IMG/VR virus record: IMGVR_UViG_3300025816_000002
DNA: 64,000 nucleotides
Source: a virus
Direction: 5' to 3' (one strand)
Shown here: piece after piece, positions 9,821 to 17,323 of the stretch
How positions within the stretch are numbered: position 1 is the first letter of the stretch
Layout: each line of letters begins with the position of its first letter
The notes under the pieces: generated by a model
What the model saw: only the letters and a program-made list of their open reading frames with translations
Told to the model about the DNA's origin: nothing
Databases searched by the model: none
Position numbers and translations under genes: made by a program

Positions 9821-9856
9821 ATCTTGCGGGTGCAATATCCCGCAGGATTTTTTTTT
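9821..9856 (+). terminator. Intrinsic terminator
   Basis: ATCTTGCGGG-N8-CCCGCAGGAT followed by a T run. Confidence 0.85.
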
Positions 9857-9866
9857 AAAACAATTT

Positions 9867-10175
9867 ATGGCATTTAAAATTTCTCCATTTTATAACATAG
9901 ACAACACTCCTATTTACAATGTAGATATGGAAGACGGAATTTTAGGTAAAGCCAACAACAACGGGACTATAATTTTAAATAAAAATTTAGATCCAAAGAA
10001 AAAAGAAAGTGTAATAGCACACGAAAAAGTACATCTTGATCAGATGAAGCGTGGTGATTTAGACTACGACGATCAAAACGTTTACTGGAAAGGTAAAAAA
10101 TACTCACGTAAACAAATGAAAGAGGGGGCAAAAAACCTACCCTGGGAAAAAGAAGCATATAAAAAAGCAAAGTAA
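9867..10175 (+). CDS. Small zinc metallopeptidase (HExxH)
   Basis: VIAHEKVH motif, distal PWEKEAY; N-terminal MAFKISPF. Confidence 0.7.
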   Translation: MAFKISPFYNIDNTPIYNVDMEDGILGKANNNGTIILNKNLDPKKKESVIAHEKVHLDQMKRGDLDYDDQNVYWKGKKYSRKQMKEGAKNLPWEKEAYKKAK

Positions 10176-10583
10176 ATGAAAAAAATATTAGAATTTTTCA
10201 GTACTAAAGTCTTCAAACAAGTTGGTGATGTGGTTGATAACCTATTCACCAGCGAAGAAGAAAGACTTAACGCTAGAAATGCGATATTTAAAGTGCTACA
10301 AGATGCTCAACTAGAATTGCAAAAAATGCAAACTGAGATCATTGTAGCTGAAGCTAGCGGTAATTGGTTACAAAGAAGTTGGAGACCAATACTGATGCTA
10401 TCATTTGGCTTTATAATCATATATACAAAATTCATATCGCAACTATCAACATACTTAATAACACCTGTTTTAGAACCAGAATTCTGGAGCTTATTAGAAA
10501 TAGGTATTGGAGGTTATGTAATTGGTAGAAGTGGTGAAAAAATCGTGGACAAACTAGGGCCACTATTCAATAAAAATAAATAA
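10176..10583 (+). CDS. Holin (3TM/GTA-holin-like)
   Basis: AEASGNWLQRSWRP, hydrophobic helices, GIGGYVIGRSGEK. Confidence 0.75.
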   Translation: MKKILEFFSTKVFKQVGDVVDNLFTSEEERLNARNAIFKVLQDAQLELQKMQTEIIVAEASGNWLQRSWRPILMLSFGFIIIYTKFISQLSTYLITPVLEPEFWSLLEIGIGGYVIGRSGEKIVDKLGPLFNKNK

Positions 10584-10592
10584 AAATAAATA

Positions 10593-10883
10593 ATGGGACA
10601 ATACGCAAATCAACCAGATTTTGGTACATTCGCTGCTGCTGCAACTAAGAACGATACTATAGGTTCAACTACTAACTTAAAAAGCTCATGTCTGTATATA
10701 GGTACAGGTGGTGATGTTAAGGTAATACTTGCGGGTGTAACAGGAGCTTCTGGATCAGGACTTCCAACGGCTACTGAAGCTGTTGTTTTTAAGAACATTC
10801 CAGATGGATCGTTTCTACCAGTTATTGTAGATTATCTTTTATCTACAGGTACAACTGCATCGGACATAGTAGCTGTAAAGTAA
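10593..10883 (+). CDS. Putative head spike base protein (RcGTA Rcc01079-like)
   Basis: LYIGTGGDVKV...VFKNIPDGSFLPVIVDYLLSTGTTASDIVAV pattern. Confidence 0.6.
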   Translation: MGQYANQPDFGTFAAAATKNDTIGSTTNLKSSCLYIGTGGDVKVILAGVTGASGSGLPTATEAVVFKNIPDGSFLPVIVDYLLSTGTTASDIVAVK

Positions 10884-10884
10884 T

Positions 10885-11040
10885 ATGGGCGGCCAATCTA
10901 TAGGGATAGGTATATGGTGGCCTACCCAATCTTCACTTATACCAGGCTTGATAAAAACTTTATGTGCAAGATCCACATATTGTGAAAACAAGACCTGCAC
11001 CACAGCTATACTTCAAAAACTAGAAAACTGTAAATCATAA
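10885..11040 (+). CDS. 51-aa putative fibre anchor peptide
   Basis: Not in the track: MGGQSIGIGIWWPTQSSLIPGLIKTLCARSTYCENKTCTTAILQKLENCKS; stop overlaps next ATG (TAATG). Confidence 0.7.
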   Translation: MGGQSIGIGIWWPTQSSLIPGLIKTLCARSTYCENKTCTTAILQKLENCKS

Positions 11041-14000
11041 TGAGTAATTTACTGAAAGATGCCTCAATACTTTTAACTCCTACCGCTTATGAAAATGGGC
11101 GTATGAATGCTATTAAGCCTTATAAAGATTTATATGGCCCGGAGCTTGTGACTAATGGAGATTTTGCAACAGATAGTGATTGGACAAAAGGAATTGGATG
11201 GTCAATATCAAGTGGAACTGCAAATGCTAATAGTGCTTCATCATCTTATTTTTATCAAAATATAAATGAGTTAGGGGTTGGTAAAACATACAAAGTTACT
11301 TACACAATCACTTCTTACACTTCTGGAAGTGTCGTTACTGGTATTGGAGACCTTTTAGGTAACAGAGGTGTAATAAGGAATGCTATTGGTACTTACACAG
11401 ACACAATTACGTTTGTTAATAATACCGCAAATAGCTATTTTGGTTTTTTTGCAACAAGTAGTTTTACTGGCTCAATAGACAACGTTTCAGTAGTAGAAGA
11501 TTTAAGTGGAGATTTCCAATTCAGTAGAAATTCTGCTGCAACTAGAGTTAATGCACAAGGTTTAGTAGAGAATGTACAGATAATAAGTCCAGAGTTAGTT
11601 TCAAATGGTAACTTTTCACAGATAGGTACAGAAGAAGTTTCTAATGGTAACTTTTCACAAGAAGGAAGTGAGCTTGTTACAAATGGAGATTTTAGTAATG
11701 GTACTACTGATTGGACTCCTAATGCTTCTGCAACGTTAAGTATAGATACAGGCAGATTAAAAATTGCTATAAGTGGTGAAGCTTCAGGCTATGCAAAACA
11801 AGATATTTTCACAATAGAAAGTGGCAAACAATATAAATGTACAGGGACTGTTGATTTTGGTACTGCATCACAAATGAGATTTTATGTAAGTAATACAGGA
11901 CAATTTTTTGATATAACTCAATCAGGTAATTTTAATTTTACATTTACTTCAACAGGAACATCTACACAAATTAGACTTTATACTTATGGTGATGGTAATT
12001 ATGGTTTTTGGGATAACATCTCAGTAAAAGAAGTCGGACAAGATTGGAGTTTAGGAACTGGATGGAGTATTGGAGATGATAAGGCTGTTGCAACAGACGT
12101 TAATAACGCTTTTTTAGAACAATCAAATATATTAACTATTGGTAAATCATATAAAATAACATATACAATACTAGATTATGTTAGTGGTAATGTTAGATTT
12201 AGAGCAAATTTAGTTAATGGTACTACAAATGGTGGTAATGGCACATATACAGATTATATTGTATCTGCTGGTACAAAATTTGCACTACAAGGATTAAATA
12301 GTTTCAATGGCTCTATAACAAACATCTCAGTTAAAGAAGTAGGGCAAGATTGGAGTTTAGGAAGTGGTTGGAGTATGGGAGATGGAATTGTTGAAGCAAA
12401 TAATACATCTTCATTTATAAGTCAAAGTGGTTTAATTGAAGCATCAAAACTTTATAGGTTAACATTTGAAGCAAGATTAAAAAGTGGAACAAATGGAACT
12501 ATTAATGCTTATATAGGTGGCTCTAATAATAAACAATTTACAATAGCTAATACTGATTGGCAAAGTTTTACTTATGAAAATACAAGGGGTGGTTCAAGTG
12601 CTGATTCTATTTATTTTAACAATAACGGAACAGAATTAGAATTAGACAACATCTCAGTTAAAGAAATAACAGACGATACAGATTTACCAAGAATAAACTA
12701 CGAAGGGTTTAGTTATCAAGATTCTTTAGGGAGTGAGGAAGTTGTGAATGGAGATTTTAGTAATGGAAGTGCTAATTGGACTACTGAGAATACTTGGACT
12801 ATTGAAAATGGAGTTGCTAATGGTAATGGAGCTAATGGAAGTACAGAAGAATTAGTGCAAGTCAATGTTAATACTACTGGTAAAACATATAAAGCAACTT
12901 TTGAAGTATTAAATTACGTTAGTGGTAGTGTTGGGTTTTGGAAAGGAAGTGGGATTGCTTTAACTCAAAGAAATGCTAATGGTACTTATACAGAATACTT
13001 TACAGCTACAAGCGACCAAATAAGATTTAGAGGTATAAACTTCATAGGCTCAATAGACAACGTATCTGTAAAAGAATATCTTGGTCAAGAAGTAGTACCA
13101 GATAGTGGTTGTGGAAGTTGGTTGCTAGAGCCACAGAGTACGAATTTGATAACTTATAGTGAGGATTTTTCAAGTGGAAGTTGGGTTAAAACAGATTGTT
13201 CTGTAGTTTCTAATTTTGGAGTTTCGCCAAGTGGGCAAAACAATGCGTCTAAATTTACATTTACTACCACCAACACAAGTGCAAGGGCGCAATACAATTT
13301 AGGTAGTTTAACAACGGGAAACACATATACGCAATCATACTATATAAAAAGTCTTGGAGCAGATATAACTTTAAGAATAGGAACAAGCGCATCAGCTGTT
13401 GGGGAATTTACTGATATAATTGCCACAAGTGAATGGCAAAGATTTGAATTTACGGGGATTGCATCTGCCACAACTGAATTTCCGAGAGTACAGAATATAA
13501 CAGGTGCTTTAGGTGTTGAAATATTAGTTTGGGGCGCACAACTAGAACAACAATCCTACGCAACCTCATACATTCCAACTAACGGAGCAACAAACACTAG
13601 GCTACAAGATATTGCAACCAATAGTGGTAACTCTACTTTGATAAATAGTACAGAGGGTGTATTGTATGCTGACATAGCAGCTTTGGCTAATGACGGAGGT
13701 TTAAGATTACTGCAATTATCAGATGGAACTAACACTAATAGGGTTTCATTATATTATGATACCGCAATAAATACAATATACTCTAACGTGGTAGTTAATG
13801 GTGTATCAAATCCTTTAAGTAGTAGTGTAGATATCCTTAATTTTACAAAAGTGGCAGTAACTTGGAAACAAAACGATTTTGGTCTTTGGATAAATGGTTT
13901 AAAAGTAGGCACAGATACAAGCGGTTTAAGTTTTCCAAATAACACTTTAAATGATTTAAGTTTTAGTTTAAATGGATTGTATAATTTCTACGGAAAAAAC

Positions 14001-15596
14001 AAAGCACTAGCAGTTTACAAAGAAGCATTAACAGATGCAAATCTAAGATGCCTTACATATCCAAATCCAGTTGCAACAACATTTGATTTAGACTTTGATA
14101 CTATTGCAGAGCAGTTTACATTTACTAGAGGCTCTGAAGCTACGTTTGTAAACGCACAAGGGTTAATTGAAAGTACAAATCAGATAGGTCCAGAATTGGT
14201 GACTAATGGTGATTTTGCAACAGATAGTGATTGGAGTAAAGTAAATGCTACTATTAGTGATGGTAAAGGTAACTTAGATTCAACGAGTTCAACATCTATA
14301 TTATTTCAACAAAACGTATTAACAGTTGGTAAAACATATAAAGCAAACTTTGATGTTTCTAATTACAATGGTTTAGGAACTTGTGCTTTAATCAACAGTT
14401 CAGGCGGTACTCAATTCGAAATAACATCTAATGGGAATAAAGATTTTTATTTTACACAAGGAGGTAGTTCTGCAAACTTATCTTTTAGAGCAGTAGCAAG
14501 TGGTGTTTTCTCAATAGACAACGTTTCAGTAAAAGAAGTAACAACTGCAACTAACACGCCAAGAATAGATTACTCAACTGGTGAAAAAGCATTTTTACTT
14601 GAACCGCAGAGTACAAATTTAGTACCTTATTCAGAGGATTTTAGTGATAGTAGTTGGACTCAAAATTTAGAAATAAGTATTGTGAGTGATAGCGGTATAT
14701 CTCCATCAGGGATATTAAATGCACAAAAGGTAATACCAACTACAAATAATACAAGGCACGGTGTTGGTCGTACAACTCAAGCTATAGTAGGTCATACTTA
14801 TTCTGTTTTTGCTAAAGCTGATGGTTATGATTGGATATTATTGACAAGTCATATATCGTCAGCGCCCGCAGGAAGAGGTACTTTCTTTGATGTTAAAAAT
14901 GGAGTAGTAGGGACAATAGGTACCGCTTCTCAAAACGCTACAATAGAAGATGTAGGTAATGGTTGGTACAGATGTTCTATTGATGAAGGCTCTTCACCAA
15001 GTTCTATTTTTACAGTCATAGTAGCAGAACAAGACAATGTTGATACGTTTGTAGGAGATGGTAGTAAAGGAGTGTTAGTTTGGGGTGCGCAGAGAGAAGC
15101 ATTACCCTACGCAACCTCATACATCCCAACCTCTGTAGCAACAGCTACTAGAAATCAAGAATTATGTAACAATGCAACACCAGTTATTAATAGCGAGGAG
15201 GGAACATTGTATGCAGAATTTCAAGGGCTTTCATCAAGTGTGGGAAATAAAGTAATTTCATTAAATGATGGAACTAATACTAATGCTTTTTGGCTTTATA
15301 TTATTTCATCAAGTAATGGGATTAGAATATATGATGGAGCTACAATCGGAACATATTTTTCAGTAAATGCATTTGAAAACAATAAATTTGCATTGGTTTA
15401 TAATTCAACAAATACAAGGTTATTTATAAATGGTTCTTTAGCTATTACTATTCCTTTTAAATCAATGAGTAATTTAAATAAAATTTCTTTTTCTGATGGA
15501 AATGAAGGGCAAAAATTTGAAGGTAATATAAAAGGTTTAAAATATTATCCAAAAGCATTAGCAGACGTACAATTAGAAGATTTAACAACAATATAA
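11040..15596 (+). CDS. Large head/tail fibre with six CBM-like cassettes and duplicated lectin-like scaffold
   Basis: Six E(L/E)V(T/S/V)NG(D/N)F...(D/T)N(V/I)SV(K/V)E units; two copies of ATxVNAQGL...PRI(N/D)Y...LLEPQSTNL...WGAQ...YATSYIPT. Confidence 0.8.
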   Translation: MSNLLKDASILLTPTAYENGRMNAIKPYKDLYGPELVTNGDFATDSDWTKGIGWSISSGTANANSASSSYFYQNINELGVGKTYKVTYTITSYTSGSVVTGIGDLLGNRGVIRNAIGTYTDTITFVNNTANSYFGFFATSSFTGSIDNVSVVEDLSGDFQFSRNSAATRVNAQGLVENVQIISPELVSNGNFSQIGTEEVSNGNFSQEGSELVTNGDFSNGTTDWTPNASATLSIDTGRLKIAISGEASGYAKQDIFTIESGKQYKCTGTVDFGTASQMRFYVSNTGQFFDITQSGNFNFTFTSTGTSTQIRLYTYGDGNYGFWDNISVKEVGQDWSLGTGWSIGDDKAVATDVNNAFLEQSNILTIGKSYKITYTILDYVSGNVRFRANLVNGTTNGGNGTYTDYIVSAGTKFALQGLNSFNGSITNISVKEVGQDWSLGSGWSMGDGIVEANNTSSFISQSGLIEASKLYRLTFEARLKSGTNGTINAYIGGSNNKQFTIANTDWQSFTYENTRGGSSADSIYFNNNGTELELDNISVKEITDDTDLPRINYEGFSYQDSLGSEEVVNGDFSNGSANWTTENTWTIENGVANGNGANGSTEELVQVNVNTTGKTYKATFEVLNYVSGSVGFWKGSGIALTQRNANGTYTEYFTATSDQIRFRGINFIGSIDNVSVKEYLGQEVVPDSGCGSWLLEPQSTNLITYSEDFSSGSWVKTDCSVVSNFGVSPSGQNNASKFTFTTTNTSARAQYNLGSLTTGNTYTQSYYIKSLGADITLRIGTSASAVGEFTDIIATSEWQRFEFTGIASATTEFPRVQNITGALGVEILVWGAQLEQQSYATSYIPTNGATNTRLQDIATNSGNSTLINSTEGVLYADIAALANDGGLRLLQLSDGTNTNRVSLYYDTAINTIYSNVVVNGVSNPLSSSVDILNFTKVAVTWKQNDFGLWINGLKVGTDTSGLSFPNNTLNDLSFSLNGLYNFYGKNKALAVYKEALTDANLRCLTYPNPVATTFDLDFDTIAEQFTFTRGSEATFVNAQGLIESTNQIGPELVTNGDFATDSDWSKVNATISDGKGNLDSTSSTSILFQQNVLTVGKTYKANFDVSNYNGLGTCALINSSGGTQFEITSNGNKDFYFTQGGSSANLSFRAVASGVFSIDNVSVKEVTTATNTPRIDYSTGEKAFLLEPQSTNLVPYSEDFSDSSWTQNLEISIVSDSGISPSGILNAQKVIPTTNNTRHGVGRTTQAIVGHTYSVFAKADGYDWILLTSHISSAPAGRGTFFDVKNGVVGTIGTASQNATIEDVGNGWYRCSIDEGSSPSSIFTVIVAEQDNVDTFVGDGSKGVLVWGAQREALPYATSYIPTSVATATRNQELCNNATPVINSEEGTLYAEFQGLSSSVGNKVISLNDGTNTNAFWLYIISSSNGIRIYDGATIGTYFSVNAFENNKFALVYNSTNTRLFINGSLAITIPFKSMSNLNKISFSDGNEGQKFEGNIKGLKYYPKALADVQLEDLTTI

Positions 15597-15598
15597 CT

Positions 15599-15964
15599 AT
15601 GAATATTTACAAAACAGTATTTGATACAGAACAACAAGGTAAAGACGTTTTAATACAAAAAGACGTTTGGCAAGAAGTAACAGAAGAAGGTGTTACATCG
15701 ATGCAGTATATCAACGGGACTAAAGCAGTTGTTAATATCGGTAAAGTGGTAAAAACACCTGGTACTTATGATCCAGATGGAAAAGAAATAACTCCACCTG
15801 TATATTACCCAGGATGGGCTTATGATATAATGAGTACAGACGACTTAGACTTTGGCTCAAATGAGGTTTACCCAGGTGATGCTTCAGCGCATCAATTCTA
15901 TGGATTTCCAAGAAATGCAGAGGTTCCACCACCAATTGAAGAGGAAGAAGTAATTTCAGAATAA
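15599..15964 (+). CDS. Fibre-associated partner protein
   Basis: 121 aa directly after the fibre gene, parallel to 5147-5512. Confidence 0.6.
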   Translation: MNIYKTVFDTEQQGKDVLIQKDVWQEVTEEGVTSMQYINGTKAVVNIGKVVKTPGTYDPDGKEITPPVYYPGWAYDIMSTDDLDFGSNEVYPGDASAHQFYGFPRNAEVPPPIEEEEVISE

Positions 15965-15978
15965 ATAGTGTAACTATA
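15950..15978 (+). promoter_or_regulatory. Putative late promoter copy 4
   Basis: GTAATT-N14-GTAACTATA upstream of the packaging/head operon. Confidence 0.55.
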
Positions 15979-16004
15979 ACAATATAACAATTAAATTAAA
16001 TAAA

Positions 16005-16271
16005 ATGTCAGAAGTAAAAAAAATAACAGAAGAGCAATTAAAATTAGTTAAAGAAGGTCAATCAAAAATTAATGCAATATTATTAGAGATTGGTTTTTTA
16101 GAAGCAAAGAAAGCAGAGTTTTTAGGTGCACACTTTGAATCAGTGAAAACACTGGAAGGCGTAAAGTCTGAATTAAAAGAGCAGTATGGAGACATAACTG
16201 TAAACTTAGTTGATGGTACTTACGAAGAAGCTGAACAACCAGAAACAAAAACGCTTGAAGTTGTAGACTAA
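16005..16271 (+). CDS. Coiled-coil hypothetical protein
   Basis: 88 aa acidic, helical heptads. Confidence 0.7.
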   Translation: MSEVKKITEEQLKLVKEGQSKINAILLEIGFLEAKKAEFLGAHFESVKTLEGVKSELKEQYGDITVNLVDGTYEEAEQPETKTLEVVD

Positions 16272-16498
16272 TGAGTTCTATTATAAGAAAAATTAGCATA
16301 GGTTCTGATTACAAGAACGATGCCATGCATTATTCCGTAGGGCAGCAAGTTTACGGGGGGCACATAATCTCCGACATACTGCACGACAATTCTACGAACT
16401 CATACAGTATCTTTATAAAAAAACAAGACGAGGTTATGCCATGGAAGAAATTTAACTCTAACATGGCAATATCCGTTGAGTATGACTTAGAATACTAA
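16271..16498 (+). CDS. Hypothetical protein
   Basis: 75 aa; TAATG coupling at both ends. Confidence 0.75.
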   Translation: MSSIIRKISIGSDYKNDAMHYSVGQQVYGGHIISDILHDNSTNSYSIFIKKQDEVMPWKKFNSNMAISVEYDLEY

Positions 16499-17103
16499 TG
16501 AGAAGCTTGTACGATTTTATCATCAAACCTTTAGGTGATAGATACGAAAACGAATTAAAGCTCGGTAATAAAACTTTAGTTTTAAATACCAAAATAGAAA
16601 GCTTCAAGTCAGTAAATAATTTGGCTGTCGTAGTTGAAACACCGAAAGCTTTTAAAACAAATATAAAGAAGGGCGACATAATAGTTATACACCACAATGT
16701 TTTTAGAGTATTCTACGACATGAAAGGCGTTAAAAAAAATAGCAGATCATTTTTTAAAGACGATTTATATTTTTGTGCTATTGACCAGATATATTTGTAT
16801 AAAAATACAGGGGATTGGAAATCATTTGGAGACAGATGTTTTGTAATGCCTTTGAAAAATAAAGACTCTCTAAGGATAGATAAAGAGCAAAAGCTTATTG
16901 GTATACTAAAATACGGTAATAAGTCCTTAGATGCGCTTAAAATAAGCCCAGGAGATGTAGTAGGCTTTACGCCTAACAGTGAATGGGATTTTATTATAGA
17001 CGATCAAAGAGTTTATTGTATGAAATCTAATGATATTGTAATTAAGTATGAACACGAAGGAAACGAAGAAGAGTATAATCCTAGCTGGGCAAAAAGCGGT
17101 TGA
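16498..17103 (+). CDS. Tandem GroES-like co-chaperonin
   Basis: Two GroES-like halves: FIIKP...AVVVETP...IKKGDIIV and CFVMP...GILKYG...ISPGDVVGF...IDDQRVYCMKSNDIV. Confidence 0.65.
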   Translation: MRSLYDFIIKPLGDRYENELKLGNKTLVLNTKIESFKSVNNLAVVVETPKAFKTNIKKGDIIVIHHNVFRVFYDMKGVKKNSRSFFKDDLYFCAIDQIYLYKNTGDWKSFGDRCFVMPLKNKDSLRIDKEQKLIGILKYGNKSLDALKISPGDVVGFTPNSEWDFIIDDQRVYCMKSNDIVIKYEHEGNEEEYNPSWAKSG

Positions 17104-17323
17104 AGAATTAATTAAAGTAGCTAAAGAAGCTATTGTTGATTCTGGAGACGATATAACAGCTGATAGATTAAAAAACGCTGCAGCTACAAAAAAATTAGCT
17201 ATATTCGATGCTTTTGAAATACTCAACAGAATAGAAGAAGAGGAAGCTTTGTTGAATGATAATCCAAAAGAAGTTAAAGAAGAAAAAACTTTTAGAGGAT
17301 TTGCAGAAGGAAGATCTAGGTAA
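17048..17323 (+). CDS. terS: Probable terminase small subunit
   Basis: 91 aa helical, immediately upstream of and coupled (TAATG) to terL. Confidence 0.5.
   Translation: MNTKETKKSIILAGQKAVEELIKVAKEAIVDSGDDITADRLKNAAATKKLAIFDAFEILNRIEEEEALLNDNPKEVKEEKTFRGFAEGRSR

Noticed and set aside
11031-11042. Programmed frameshift fusing the 51-aa peptide to the fibre
   Set aside because: The -1 frame is closed by TAA at 11031-11033 and there is no slippery heptamer; TAATG coupling explains the layout
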